A stretch of DNA of 64,000 bases from Longimicrobiales bacterium (lineage in GTDB: Bacteria > Gemmatimonadota > Gemmatimonadetes > Longimicrobiales > Gaopeijiaceae): contig CBDFIQ010000002.1 in assembly GCA_965248195.1 (NCBI GenBank), forward strand, positions 2,368,001-2,432,000, in the 5' to 3' direction. The notes under the pieces were generated by a model. It was not told the origin of the DNA. It saw only the letters and a list, made by a program, of their open reading frames with translations, and made no database searches. Positions within the stretch are counted from its first letter, which is position 1; every line of letters begins with the position of its first letter. Positions 1-10,455 of the stretch are shown here, piece after piece. The translations under genes were made by a program, and so were the position numbers.

Positions 1-249
1 GGCGCAGGTGAGAAGAATGGAGCCGAGGGCCCTCATTTCTCTCTTGAGCTGGCCGTGCGCGTTGTTGGGATGGATGCTCTTGAACGAGTTCGTGCAGACC
101 AATTCGCCCAGGTTTTCGCTCTGGTGTGCCTCGGTGCGGCGCCCGGGGCGCATTTCCAGCAAGGCGACACCGTGCCCGGCGTTCGCGAGTTGGAGTGCGG
201 CCTCGCATCCCGCTAGGCCACCCCCGACCACGATGACGCGATCGCTCAT
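1..249 (-). CDS. trmFO: Folate/FAD-dependent tRNA m5U54 methyltransferase TrmFO (Gid), 5' part only, runs off window
   Basis: Manual translation from ATG 249: MSDRVIVVGGGLAGCEAALQLANAG...EMRP...ELVCTNSFKS...GQLKREMRALGS; GxGxxG motif and LVCxNS motif; usual position downstream of topA. Confidence 0.9.
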   Translation of the reverse strand, partial: MSDRVIVVGGGLAGCEAALQLANAGHGVALLEMRPGRRTEAHQSENLGELVCTNSFKSIHPNNAHGQLKREMRALGSILLTCA

Positions 250-289
250 CGGCTCATTCTTCCGCGCCCCCCCACGCTGGGAGTCGGCC

Positions 290-2746
290 CTACTTCCGTG
301 TCCGACGCTTGCCCCATCCCGACTTCTTCCGCTTAGCGGCCTCGGCAATCATCGACACGGCCTCCCCCATGGTGAGGTCGTCTGGCTCCATACCCTTGGG
401 CAGACTCGCGTTTGCCGTACCATCGGTCACATACGGGCCATAGCGGCCGGAGAGGATCTGGACGTCTTCCCCTGTGTCCGGGTGGGCGCCTAGCGCCTTC
501 AGAACCGTTCTCCCCGCCTTCTTCTGGTTGAGAAGGGTGACGGCCTCGTTGATGGTAACCGTAAACATTTGGTCTTCATTCGCCAAGCTCGCGAATTTCT
601 TACCTCGCCGCACGAAGGGCCCATAGCGGCCCAATCCAGCCACGACTTCCTCGCCGGTCTCCGGATCGGTCCCCACCGTTCTTGGCAACGAGAGCAGGCG
701 CAACGCATGGCCGAGGTCCACGGACTCCGGCTCCGTACCCTTGGGCAGGCTGGCCCGCTTAGGCTTCGTATCATCCTTTGCCTCGCCGAGCTGCACGTAG
801 GGTCCGTACGGCCCCACCTTCGCGTAGACGGTCAGGCCAGTCACCTCGTCGACGCCGACCTCGTGATCCTCGGATTCGCCGTCGATCGGCCGGGTCCCCC
901 TGCAATCGGGATAGGCAGAGCAGCCCAGGAACCGGCCGAAGCGATTCCACCGCACCTGCATCGGCTCACCGCACACGTCACACGTCTCACCCTCGGCGGC
1001 CAGGATTTCCTTGATGATTTCCTCGGACAACGCCTCGCCCCGGTCGAGCTGGATCTGAAACGGCGGATAGAAATCCCCGAGGAGCGCCTGCCACTGGATT
1101 TCGCCATCCTCCACCCGATCCAGTTCACTCTCCATCCGGCTCGTGAACTCGACGTCGAAAATGTCGGGGAATACCCGGACCAGTAGCTTGGATACCGTGT
1201 CGCCGAGCGTCGTCGGCTGAAATCGGCGCTCCTCGTAATCGACGTATCCCCGGTCCTGAATCGTCGAGATGATCTGCGCGTAGGTAGAGGGACGGCCAAT
1301 TCCCAAGGCCTCGAGCTCCTTGACGAGCGAGGCCTCACTGAAGCGCGGAGGTGGCTGTGTGAAGTGCTGGGCCGAGTCGATGCCCTTCACAAGCGCAGAG
1401 TCACCCACGTCTATATCCGGGAGTGCCGCCAGGTCATCGATAGGACGGCGGTCACCCGCCTCGGTAGCCTCCACGTAGAGTCGGGTGAATCCCTGAAACC
1501 TCAGGATCGACCCTGTAGATCGGAACTGATATTCGCCACCCTCGGCCTTCAGATCAAAGTCAATCGTGGTCGTGTCATACAGGGCCGGCGCCATCTGGCC
1601 GGCGACGAAGCGAAGCCAAATGAGCTCGTAAAGACGCCCCGTGTCGTCCTCGAGGAACGGACGCACCTCATCGGGATGGAGGCCCGGGTCGGTCGGCCGA
1701 ATCGCCTCGTGGGCATCCTGTGCCGCTTTCTGTTGCTTTCCACCCCAGAGCCGGGGTGACGAAGCGAGATAGTCCTCACCGAACTCCCCACTGACCCAAT
1801 TTCGGGCGGCCTCTACCGCACCCGGGGCGACCCGAGTGGAGTCGGTCCGCATATAGGTAATGAGCCCGACGGCGCCACGCCCGCCCAGTTCGATTCCCTC
1901 ATACAACCGTTGTGCCGTAGACATCGTTCGCCGGGCGGAGAAACGGAGCCTTTTGGACGCAGCCTGCTGAAGCGTAGAGGTCGTAAACGGCGCTGCCGGG
2001 TTTCTTCGCCGCTCGCGGCGCCTCACCTCTCCAGCCGTAAAGTCGAGGTTCTGGACCGCCACCACGACGGCTTGGGCTTGTTCCTCATTCTCCAGCGTGA
2101 ACGCCTTCCCGTCGATCTTGTGGAGCCGCGCGTCGAACGGGTGCTCTTCCTTTTCGAGCCGAGCCGTAATGGACCAATACTCGACCGAATCGAAGGCCTG
2201 GATCTCGTCCTCGCGCTCACAGATCAGTCGGAGCGCCACCGTCTGTACGCGGCCGGCCGAGAGTCCGGGCCTGATCGGCTTCCATAGGAAAGGACTCACC
2301 TGATATCCAACCAACCGGTCCAGGATTCTGCGGGCCTGTTGCGCTTCTACTTTGTTGAGATCCAGGGACTCGGGGGATTGAAGAGCCCTTTCCACGGCAT
2401 CCTTGGTGATTTCGCGAAAGGTTACCCGCTCGAAGCGGCTCCCGTCGTCCTCGAAGCCGAGGTAGTGAGCGACGTGGTAGGCGATCGCCTCCCCCTCCCG
2501 GTCCGGGTCGGTCGCGAGGATGATGCTCTCGGCCTTCTTTGCCTTGCTCTTGAGCTCCTTGAGGATCTTGCCCTTCCCGCGGATCGTCTCGTACTTGGGC
2601 TCAAAGCTATTCTCGACGTCGACCCCCAGCTCCTTCTTCGGCAGATCTCGAACATGCCCGACTGAAGCGGCCACCTCGTAGTCACGGCCCAGATACCGAC
2701 TGATCGTCCTCGCTTTGGCCGGAGATTCGACGATGACCAGCTTCAT
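290..2746 (-). CDS. topA: DNA topoisomerase I
   Basis: LVIVESPAKA Toprim start, DPDREGE, SAGRVQ, LITYMRTDS catalytic Tyr, zinc ribbon and C-terminal GRYGPY repeats. Confidence 0.98.
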   Translation of the reverse strand: MKLVIVESPAKARTISRYLGRDYEVAASVGHVRDLPKKELGVDVENSFEPKYETIRGKGKILKELKSKAKKAESIILATDPDREGEAIAYHVAHYLGFEDDGSRFERVTFREITKDAVERALQSPESLDLNKVEAQQARRILDRLVGYQVSPFLWKPIRPGLSAGRVQTVALRLICEREDEIQAFDSVEYWSITARLEKEEHPFDARLHKIDGKAFTLENEEQAQAVVVAVQNLDFTAGEVRRRERRRNPAAPFTTSTLQQAASKRLRFSARRTMSTAQRLYEGIELGGRGAVGLITYMRTDSTRVAPGAVEAARNWVSGEFGEDYLASSPRLWGGKQQKAAQDAHEAIRPTDPGLHPDEVRPFLEDDTGRLYELIWLRFVAGQMAPALYDTTTIDFDLKAEGGEYQFRSTGSILRFQGFTRLYVEATEAGDRRPIDDLAALPDIDVGDSALVKGIDSAQHFTQPPPRFSEASLVKELEALGIGRPSTYAQIISTIQDRGYVDYEERRFQPTTLGDTVSKLLVRVFPDIFDVEFTSRMESELDRVEDGEIQWQALLGDFYPPFQIQLDRGEALSEEIIKEILAAEGETCDVCGEPMQVRWNRFGRFLGCSAYPDCRGTRPIDGESEDHEVGVDEVTGLTVYAKVGPYGPYVQLGEAKDDTKPKRASLPKGTEPESVDLGHALRLLSLPRTVGTDPETGEEVVAGLGRYGPFVRRGKKFASLANEDQMFTVTINEAVTLLNQKKAGRTVLKALGAHPDTGEDVQILSGRYGPYVTDGTANASLPKGMEPDDLTMGEAVSMIAEAAKRKKSGWGKRRTRK

Positions 2747-3276
2747 GTTTGCCCTTGTCTTGTCATCAGTTTCATGATCTCATCTGCCAACTCTAGGGGA
2801 CCGTACTGTTCCGAGTCCAGGGTGTACCGAGCTCGACGGTACGAGGCTTCCCGGGCAAGTAATAACGCCGTGGCCCGATCCAACACATCTCCTCCATCCA
2901 GGAGAGGGCGCGTTCCTCCCTCTTCCGATGCTCGGCGTACGGCGACCGTCGGTGATACCTGGAGCCAAACGCTCATCGTATCTGCCGTTACAATCTTCCA
3001 AGATCCCTGCTGCGCAGGCCATCCACCCCCAGACGCCACCACCGTATTTCTCCGGAGCAGCAACTCCTCGGCTACGCCGGATTCGAGACGGCGAAACTCG
3101 GCCTCACCGTCCTCCGAAAAAATCTGAGACACGCTCTTGCCCACGCGCGCTTCTATCGCGGTGTCGAAGTCCTCGAAGTCCCATTCCAATCGTGAAGCCA
3201 ACTCTTTCCCTACGCTGGATTTCCCACTGGCCATGAATCCGACGAGCAAGACCCGTTCCGGCATGTCACCGTTCAC
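2743..3276 (-). CDS. aroK: Shikimate kinase
   Basis: GFMASGKSSVG P-loop, D-D motif, GGG, RPLL; adjacent to aroC. Confidence 0.95.
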   Translation of the reverse strand: MNGDMPERVLLVGFMASGKSSVGKELASRLEWDFEDFDTAIEARVGKSVSQIFSEDGEAEFRRLESGVAEELLLRRNTVVASGGGWPAQQGSWKIVTADTMSVWLQVSPTVAVRRASEEGGTRPLLDGGDVLDRATALLLAREASYRRARYTLDSEQYGPLELADEIMKLMTRQGQT

Positions 3277-4474
3277 CGTATCCGCGCTCGCCGAGGTACG
3301 CGACGTACGACTCGAAGTTCCGTCTGACCTCGCTCATCGCGTCCCCACCAAATTTTTCGAGGAATGCGTCCGCCAAGACGAGGGCCACCATGGCCTCGCC
3401 CACCACGGCCGCCGCGGGAACAGCACAAACGTCGCTTCGCTCGACGGCCGCATCCGCGGGCGATCCATCGCGCATGTCAACGCTGGGCAGGCGTTTTCTA
3501 AGTGTGGAGATGGGCTTCATGGCAGCCCGCACGACCAAGGGCTCTCCTGTGGTAACGCCCCCTTCGAGCCCACCCGCCCGGTTCGATGCTCGTCCGATGC
3601 TGCCCGCTCTTCCGGCCGATTCATCGGCCACGATCGGGTCGTGGACTTGAGATCCGGGACGGCGCGCCCCCTCGAAGCCCACGCCGATCTCCACCCCCTT
3701 GATCGCCTGGATCGACATCATGGCACCCGCCAGGCGCCCATCCAGCTTAGTATCGTACGAGACGTAGCTGCCGAGGCCAGCTGGGAGGCCCCACGCGACC
3801 ACCTCGAAGATCCCGCCCAGCGTATCGCCTTCTTCCTTGGCCTGGTCGATTGCGGCGACCATGAGCGAGGCCGCCTCTTCGTCCAGGGTGCGAAGCGGCG
3901 AGGCGTCCACCATGGCGTTCAGATCCTCCGGCAAGTCATCAGGAACCTTCGCCTCTACGGCTCCGATCGACGTGACATGGCTCCCGATCATGATCCCGAA
4001 ATCGGCGAGAAGCTTTTTGCACACAGCCCCACATGCTACGCGGGCGGCGGTCTCCCGGGCGCTGGCCCGCTCCAGGATATCCCGGGTGTCGCGCCGGTCG
4101 TATTTCAGCAATCCCACTAGGTCTGCGTGGCCAGGCCGGGGAAGGTAAAGCGATCGCAAAACCTTGGGATTGCCATCCGGGTCTGGGGGCAGCGGCGACA
4201 TCGCCTCCGTCCAGTTCTCGGCATCCCGGTTCCAGATGACCAGGGCGATCGGAGATCCGAGCGTCTCCCCCAAGCGGACGCCTGAAATCACCTCGGCCCG
4301 GTCGGACTCGATCTTCATGCGCCTGCCGCGCCCGTATCCACCCTGGCGGCGCTTGAGATCGGGATCGACATCGCGGGCCATCTCGAGGGAGAGGCCGGCC
4401 GGAAAACCTTCCAACATCGCCACGAGGCCTGGCCCGTGGGACTCCCCCGCAGTTCGGAACGACAATCGCTTCAT
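3266..4474 (-). CDS. aroC: Chorismate synthase
   Basis: TAGESHG, RPGHAD, ERASARETAARV, NRAGGLEGG, MKPISTL, ERSD motifs. Confidence 0.98.
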   Translation of the reverse strand: MKRLSFRTAGESHGPGLVAMLEGFPAGLSLEMARDVDPDLKRRQGGYGRGRRMKIESDRAEVISGVRLGETLGSPIALVIWNRDAENWTEAMSPLPPDPDGNPKVLRSLYLPRPGHADLVGLLKYDRRDTRDILERASARETAARVACGAVCKKLLADFGIMIGSHVTSIGAVEAKVPDDLPEDLNAMVDASPLRTLDEEAASLMVAAIDQAKEEGDTLGGIFEVVAWGLPAGLGSYVSYDTKLDGRLAGAMMSIQAIKGVEIGVGFEGARRPGSQVHDPIVADESAGRAGSIGRASNRAGGLEGGVTTGEPLVVRAAMKPISTLRKRLPSVDMRDGSPADAAVERSDVCAVPAAAVVGEAMVALVLADAFLEKFGGDAMSEVRRNFESYVAYLGERGYGER

Positions 4475-4530
4475 CGAGCGTTTCTCTATCCCCAGCGTGA
4501 ACCATTGTGAACGGAACGGCCCGAAACCAT

Positions 4531-4570
4531 AAAAGGGAACCCCGGCGGGCGTCTACCCACCGGGGTTCTC
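4531..4570 (-). terminator. Intrinsic terminator of the large lipoprotein gene
   Basis: Minus strand GAGAACCCCGGTGGG-TAGACG-CCCGCCGGGGTTCCC followed by TTTT, about 20 nt after the stop at 4593. Confidence 0.8.
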
Positions 4571-4592
4571 GTTTCCACGGAGGGCACTCGAT

Positions 4593-7388
4593 CTAGGGGG
4601 CGCGGGACGGATGGAACCGGAGCACGTCGGCCTTGGTGACGTTGACCACTACCACACCACCAGTGTCGGATATGCCAAAGAGCTTCACGACCACACAGGA
4701 GTCCTCCGTGGGCCCACCGGCTGCAGGGTGGGGATCGTTAAAGTTGTTGTTGTTGAAGATCTCGATGGCATTGCCGATCATGGTCCCGTCACGATCGGTG
4801 ACCGCAACCGTCCCGCAGGTTAAGCCTGCGTTATCCGCCGGGAACGGAAGCACCGCACGGAGCGGCCCGCTGATCACGTCTCTGATTGGAATCCTGCCCA
4901 TCGGGAAGAAGTGGAACGTGTCGTACACGTCGATGCTGTTCGCGCCCGAGCCGACAAAGACCATATGAGTATTGGGCTGGAACGTCCCGGCAGGATTATC
5001 CAAGGCCACGGCATTGGCGTGTAAGGGGTGCATCACGGCGCCGCTGCCGCCGGGCGCGAGGGCCTTACTCCCCTGCAAACGGAGATCCATCGTAAAGAAG
5101 TAGGCCGTGTTCCCCCTGGCCACACCGAGACTCGCGTCGAAGTTGAGACCGAGACCGGTAACGAAGTCGTCTTTGTTGATGCCCAGGTCTTCGGTTTGCA
5201 AACCGGCGGTAATGGTATCGCCGACCGCCTGATAGACCATGATGCGACGGCCGTCCTGAACCGCATTGCCCTCACCGAAGGCCACGGCTCTCCCATCGCC
5301 CGAAACGGCGACAAACGTCGTATCGGTGAGCCCCAAATCATCCGCGTTGAACGGCTTCCCCCAAAGGGCCATATCGGACCCCTTGGCGAGGAAGTTCAGG
5401 TAATGGACGGGGTCGAGGAAGTCGGTGTCGACCCTCTCCGTGATGCCGGCACTCAGGTCGCCAGGTAAGTGATCGAACATGTCGAAGATCGGGTTCCGAC
5501 CTAAATCAGCATGATCGATGTTGAGGATGCCCCACGCGTTATCCTCGCCTGCACCGGGGATTTGCAACCCGTGGAACTGGACCTCAGTGTTTGGATTCGG
5601 GACGGCGACGGTGGGAGCCGGCACGAAAGCGCGCCGGATGGTCCCTCTCTCGCTCGCCACCTCGGTCGGCCATGTCGAAAAATGGATTTGGCGGTTTTGA
5701 TCCATCACCAGGAACTGAGGCCGGTCGGAGAAGACGTTCAGAGCCTCCACATTCCATATCGTCCCCACGTCCGAAATTTCCAGCCTCACATTGAACACGA
5801 CATTATCGGGGGTCAAGATCCGGCTGCCGGGAACCTCTGAGCCGGACGCCGACCCATCGAGTAGATCGAGGTACACACTGGTGATGTTCGTGCCGCCAGA
5901 GTTAGCCACCAGTAAGGTATCTCCACAGCCGACCGCGGCGGTCCCGTAGCAATTGTTGAGGGCGAGCCCCCAGGGTTGAGAGCCGACTGCGACGGGAGGC
6001 AGGAAGACCTCTTGCTCCAACCGGAACACCTCGACCCGGTTGAGATCGAAATTGGACAGATATAGGTTCCGCCGGACCGGGTCGATCACACCGTCCAGGA
6101 TCTTTCCGCCCGCCGGCAGCCGCACCGTGCGTCCGTCCACAATCACCAGCGTCAGCCGGTCGCCCGTGCGACCCTCAGCCACGGTAAAGCCGTTTAGTGT
6201 ACCGCATGGGTATGACACGAAGGCAGGCTCACCCACGGAGGCACCACAGTTGCCGGCGACCGACTCGTCCACGGCGTACGCGAACACCTCATAGACCATG
6301 GTATCCGGAAGAGCCAGGAGATCGGCGTTGAACACTTGAAAGTCGAACGTCTGAGTCACAGCCCCTGTGCGGGGGGTGGCAAAAACTACCTCGTCGGAGA
6401 CGAACAACGTATCGCCTCGCCTCGGCGAAATCCCCAGAACAGTGTACCCCATTCGGGCAACACCGCCTCCCAGGGCGTCATCCTGCGACGTGACCTCCAC
6501 ACTGACGACATCCCGGAACTCTGAGCGCGCCGACGAAATGGTCGTGAACGTCACCCCGGGCGGGATCGCATCTCCGCCACCCACAACCGAAGTTACGTTC
6601 AGTATGATAGGCGCTCCGCGTCCGACCACGTCGACCGTGTTCCAGGCCTGCGCTGATATCGTCAGCGTACCGTCGACCCCGCCAGGGATGTCGACGATGG
6701 TGTCCACAACCAGCGAATCCAGCGCGGGTGATATCGTCTTCGTGATGACAGTGTCCACCACTCCCGACACCGTGATCGAGACGGTACGAACCCCGATGGG
6801 GTCCTGCGCCTGAACTCTGAGTCCAAGGACGCGGCCGCTCTGGATCACCTCTCCACCGGCGAAATTCAGAATCTGAACCGACGGGCCGCCAAGAAAGATC
6901 TGCACCGTATCGGCTGTGAAGTTTTGTTCGGCGTCAAACGCCGTCACGATGACGGCAACGACCTCCAGGGTCCCGTCGGTAAACGGCTGCAAAAAACGGG
7001 TCACGATCGTATCAGAAACCGGATCAAGAAAATCCACAGTCTTCGACTCGAAACGGGGCACCGCCACGTCCGTGCCGAGGCTGGCATCGCCCCGAAGCGC
7101 CAGGCCCTCGAAGACCACTCTGGTGATTCCACCGACGTCGGAGACATCGACCATCACGCGCACAGAATCCTGCAGAGGCTTGGCGGTTACTTGGCCTGGG
7201 GGTGGATCCAGGATCATGACAGAAGGAATTTCCCCATCCTGCACGGAGCCACCGGCGCCCGTGAAGTCGACGAAAAGATTGTCGCCCTGGCACGCAGCGA
7301 AAAGAATGCCCGCCAAGAGTCCCCCGGCCAATCTTTTTAAGGGGCTCCTGCGCGTATCGTGCTTATGAGTTCGTTGACGCTGCATCAT
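4593..7388 (-). CDS. Large (931 aa) secreted lipoprotein; N-terminal Ig-like beta-sandwich repeats and C-terminal YncE/YVTN-like beta-propeller (predicted)
   Basis: Start moved to ATG 7388 (AAGGGAG RBS at 7391-7397); lipobox LFAA|C; Big-like repeats (V-V-D-GG-V-F...TA-D); propeller-type strands LYLSN, VAVGSQPWGLAL, LLVANSG; several Cys. Confidence 0.7.
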   Translation of the reverse strand: MMQRQRTHKHDTRRSPLKRLAGGLLAGILFAACQGDNLFVDFTGAGGSVQDGEIPSVMILDPPPGQVTAKPLQDSVRVMVDVSDVGGITRVVFEGLALRGDASLGTDVAVPRFESKTVDFLDPVSDTIVTRFLQPFTDGTLEVVAVIVTAFDAEQNFTADTVQIFLGGPSVQILNFAGGEVIQSGRVLGLRVQAQDPIGVRTVSITVSGVVDTVITKTISPALDSLVVDTIVDIPGGVDGTLTISAQAWNTVDVVGRGAPIILNVTSVVGGGDAIPPGVTFTTISSARSEFRDVVSVEVTSQDDALGGGVARMGYTVLGISPRRGDTLFVSDEVVFATPRTGAVTQTFDFQVFNADLLALPDTMVYEVFAYAVDESVAGNCGASVGEPAFVSYPCGTLNGFTVAEGRTGDRLTLVIVDGRTVRLPAGGKILDGVIDPVRRNLYLSNFDLNRVEVFRLEQEVFLPPVAVGSQPWGLALNNCYGTAAVGCGDTLLVANSGGTNITSVYLDLLDGSASGSEVPGSRILTPDNVVFNVRLEISDVGTIWNVEALNVFSDRPQFLVMDQNRQIHFSTWPTEVASERGTIRRAFVPAPTVAVPNPNTEVQFHGLQIPGAGEDNAWGILNIDHADLGRNPIFDMFDHLPGDLSAGITERVDTDFLDPVHYLNFLAKGSDMALWGKPFNADDLGLTDTTFVAVSGDGRAVAFGEGNAVQDGRRIMVYQAVGDTITAGLQTEDLGINKDDFVTGLGLNFDASLGVARGNTAYFFTMDLRLQGSKALAPGGSGAVMHPLHANAVALDNPAGTFQPNTHMVFVGSGANSIDVYDTFHFFPMGRIPIRDVISGPLRAVLPFPADNAGLTCGTVAVTDRDGTMIGNAIEIFNNNNFNDPHPAAGGPTEDSCVVVKLFGISDTGGVVVVNVTKADVLRFHPSRAP

Positions 7389-7466
7389 ATCTCCCTTGCG
7401 TACCGGCTTTTCCATCTCACTAGGCCCTTCTGCGGGCTTCCATGTGCCGGGTCTGAACCCCATGCG

Positions 7467-7482
7467 TGCGAGATCCGTGCCA
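7467..7482 (-). promoter_or_regulatory. Sigma-54 (-24/-12) promoter
   Basis: Minus strand TGGCACGGATCTCGCA versus consensus TGGCACGNNNNTTGCA; exact GG-N10-GC spacing; about 80 nt upstream of the lipoprotein start. Confidence 0.75.
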
Positions 7483-7625
7483 GCGGTGGAACAGCCTTCT
7501 CCAGCAAAGTCACACCGCCGCATGGACCGTCACCGGGACACACTTTCCTCTTCACCGGTAAAGTTTATTCAGTCAGACCGCAGCGAAGTCGCCGACTCGT
7601 GTCTCATTCGGCGTGCCGACGTCGC

Positions 7626-9368
7626 CTAGAAATCTTGCCGCACGATGTTCGGGGTCACGAGAATCAGCAGATCCCGCTGGATGTCCGACACCGAGGTCGT
7701 GCGAAAGAGGCCGCCAAGGAGCGGCAGGTCCATCAAGAGCGGGATCCCAGACCGGACCTCGGAGTGCTCCGTCACGGTCAATTGTCCCCCCACCACGGTC
7801 TCGCCGTCACGCACGAGAATGCGCGTGTCGATATTCTGTGTCCGGAAAATCAGCCCAATATCCGTCGCCGCGAGGTCGGCCGCCGAGCGCTCGGCGTGGA
7901 GCGTGAGAAGAACGTGGTCTCCGTCCGTAATATGCGGCGTCACCTCGAGAATGATTCCAGTTTCCTCGAGTTGTACGGTCGCCGTCGGGAAGCCCTGGTC
8001 CCCACCCCCACCTCCCGCGGCCGCATCGATGATGCGGATCGGTGTCCGCTCCCCGACCTGGAGGCGCGCCGGCTGGTTGTCCGCCACCGTGACGGCCGGA
8101 GCCGCTTGGATGTCCGAGAGATTTGAGGACTCGAGCGCTGTGATGAAGTTCAACAGGGTGTGGCGGCCCACTACGAGTGAGGTCAACATACGCAACGTCG
8201 GGACGGCGATATTGAAATCGGCGTTTCCGAGTGCAGCGATCGAATTTCCTCCCAGCGAGAACACGTTCGTACCGATTGACACGTCTTCGATGACCCCATC
8301 GCCATCGAGATCCGCGGCACCGGGAGCGGTCTGATTGAGCTGGTTCCCCTGAGAGTCCTTCAGATCGTAGGTGACACCAAAGTCCGACAGCTCCGTCCGG
8401 TTCACGAAGATGATCTTCGCAGAAATCATGATCTGCGGGGTCGCAACGTCCAACTCGCCGATTAGCGCGCTGATCGCGTCATGAACGCGCCGAATATCGG
8501 TCACGATGACCGTGTTGGCACTCAGGGCCTCCGCTACCTGTCCGCGGGCGCTGATGAGCTGCCCGATGGCGACGGCCATCTCTGCGGATGTCCCATAGTT
8601 GATCCGGTACGGCACCGTCACCAGCGGCTCGATGGCCTCACGGTCGTTGATGTTCTGGATCGCGTCGACCCGAATGATGCCTGTCTCACTTTCGACGGCG
8701 ACCAGAGCCCGGCTCTGAAGAATTTCCTCGAGGGCGTCGTCCCACGCCTGATCGCGAATGTCGGCGGTGACCACGATGCCCGCCACGTCACTACCGGAGA
8801 CGATGGACTTATCCGAGAATTCAGCGAACGTGAACAGCACGTCTTCGATGGGCGTGTTGTCGAACGAGACGGAGATTCGGCGTTCAGCTTCCTGGGCTTG
8901 TAGAAAAGCCCCGGTGAACGGGGCTGCAGCCCCGACAAATGGAGCGGCGGTCGCAACGAAGGCCGGATCGAACGTCAAGGACGGGCTCTCCCACGGTTCG
9001 AAATCTTCAGCAAGGTTGTCCAACGAAATACGAACCGCTCCGCCCGAGGCCTCGACCGTGTATTCCGTCATCCCCGCGAGGTCCACCACAACCCGGACAA
9101 TATCTTCCGAATACTGGCTGGTGCGGACGGACAAGACCCCGCCGCGGTTGATATCCAGGAAGTCTTCCCGGGAGAGCGCGTGCCTCGCATTCATGAGGTC
9201 GACGACGATACGCGCCGGCGCCTCCAGGCTGAACGCTCTATGGGAGACCAACCCGTCCACCGAGACGAGAATTTCCGTCCGGTTCCTGTTCGGGACGACG
9301 CTTATCCCTGTAACCCACTCTGTGGCCGGCAGGAGCAGGCTGATCAATAACGTGAGGATCAAAGTCAT
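7626..9368 (-). CDS. pilQ: Type IV pilus secretin with AMIN domain
   Basis: N-terminal AMIN (P-RIVVDL, VRVVVDL), secretin C-domain (GIILEVTPHI, SGIPLLMDLPLLGGLF, LLILVTP); end of pilMNOP operon. Confidence 0.93.
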   Translation of the reverse strand: MTLILTLLISLLLPATEWVTGISVVPNRNRTEILVSVDGLVSHRAFSLEAPARIVVDLMNARHALSREDFLDINRGGVLSVRTSQYSEDIVRVVVDLAGMTEYTVEASGGAVRISLDNLAEDFEPWESPSLTFDPAFVATAAPFVGAAAPFTGAFLQAQEAERRISVSFDNTPIEDVLFTFAEFSDKSIVSGSDVAGIVVTADIRDQAWDDALEEILQSRALVAVESETGIIRVDAIQNINDREAIEPLVTVPYRINYGTSAEMAVAIGQLISARGQVAEALSANTVIVTDIRRVHDAISALIGELDVATPQIMISAKIIFVNRTELSDFGVTYDLKDSQGNQLNQTAPGAADLDGDGVIEDVSIGTNVFSLGGNSIAALGNADFNIAVPTLRMLTSLVVGRHTLLNFITALESSNLSDIQAAPAVTVADNQPARLQVGERTPIRIIDAAAGGGGGDQGFPTATVQLEETGIILEVTPHITDGDHVLLTLHAERSAADLAATDIGLIFRTQNIDTRILVRDGETVVGGQLTVTEHSEVRSGIPLLMDLPLLGGLFRTTSVSDIQRDLLILVTPNIVRQDF

Positions 9369-9868
9369 TTAGGGCCTCCCTGGCCCGAAGTCCCTCGTGG
9401 CAAAAGCATGGTTCTAGTTTCCGCGATACCGAATTCCACTAACTCTATCGTCACTTGTAGGCGCTCGATTGAAAGAACGGTCAGGTTTCCCAGTGTGGCT
9501 CCCTCTCTCACCCGGTAGGTGCCTCCGGTTATGTCCACCGTAACCGTCTCCGGAGCATCCCTATCCCCGGGAGTAACTGTTCTTGTACCCTCACCAAACA
9601 GGGCAATCCTCTCACCGGCGAACTGTGAGTAAATAATCCCGAGGAGCAACAGACTCTCGAAGCGTGGCCCGCCGCCCTCAGCTGCCAGTAGGGTCTGGAA
9701 CGGGTTTCGACGCGAGTATTGAGGATACGTGAACACCTCGCGCTCGAAGGCCAACGCCAAACTGTCTCCCGGCTGCTGCGTTGGGGTGTCCTGGCCCACC
9801 AAGGCGCCCGGAACGAGCCAACCTGCTACGAGCACGAACAGACATGCGTAGACGACCCTGATGCTCAT
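9365..9868 (-). CDS. PilP-like pilus assembly protein
   Basis: Position between pilO and pilQ; RRNPF motif, L-L-GII, VREG..LG beta-domain; signal peptide. Confidence 0.65.
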   Translation of the reverse strand: MSIRVVYACLFVLVAGWLVPGALVGQDTPTQQPGDSLALAFEREVFTYPQYSRRNPFQTLLAAEGGGPRFESLLLLGIIYSQFAGERIALFGEGTRTVTPGDRDAPETVTVDITGGTYRVREGATLGNLTVLSIERLQVTIELVEFGIAETRTMLLPRGTSGQGGPK

Positions 9869-10449
9869 GGGTTCTCTTCCTCACGATCCGGAAGGACATA
9901 GGTCTGGAATCGAAAATTCACGACCACCGGGGCGTCGAAATCCACCGCACGCGGGTCATTGAACGGGTCCACCGAGACGTCGATCGGAGTAAGGATGCGC
10001 GACAGGGATGCGATACGAGTCAAAAACCGGGCGAGGTCGTGAAATTCCCCGAAAACTCTCATCTGGAACGTCTGCTTGGTGTAGAAATCCCCCGGTTCCT
10101 CCGCTTCTGGGCGCATCATGTCGACAGTGACTCCGACGTCGCGCTCCACGGTGCTGATCTGATCCAGGAGCGCAGCCACCTCCGCCGACCGGGGAATGAG
10201 TTGCTCGAGTTGAGCGATATGACGTTCGTAGACCGCCATACGCTCCTCGGTGTCCTCTCCCAGGCGGATGGCGAGCGCCTGCGCCGTGCGATTTTGGGCC
10301 TGCATATTTTCGACGCGGGCCTCTTCGGCTTCCACCGCTTCCGTGGCTCCGGAATACCAAAAACTGTTGGCGAAGTAGAGCACGACAAGCGAGAGGGAGA
10401 CCACCACTAGGGCTTGTTTCTGTTTCGGATCGTCGGGAATCAGCGGCAT
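9865..10449 (-). CDS. pilO: Type IV pilus assembly protein PilO
   Basis: Single TM, coiled coil, LIP..EVAALL..I, G-FHDLARFL..IASL.RI motif. Confidence 0.88.
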   Translation of the reverse strand: MPLIPDDPKQKQALVVVSLSLVVLYFANSFWYSGATEAVEAEEARVENMQAQNRTAQALAIRLGEDTEERMAVYERHIAQLEQLIPRSAEVAALLDQISTVERDVGVTVDMMRPEAEEPGDFYTKQTFQMRVFGEFHDLARFLTRIASLSRILTPIDVSVDPFNDPRAVDFDAPVVVNFRFQTYVLPDREEENP

Positions 10450-10455
10450 ATGTGC

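Noticed and set aside
7389..7523. Long N-terminal extensions given by the ORF track (also for pilA, comEA, lptF, lptG, TonB receptor)
   Set aside because: Downstream starts have an RBS, signal peptides or overlap logic; the extensions cover promoters or neighbouring genes
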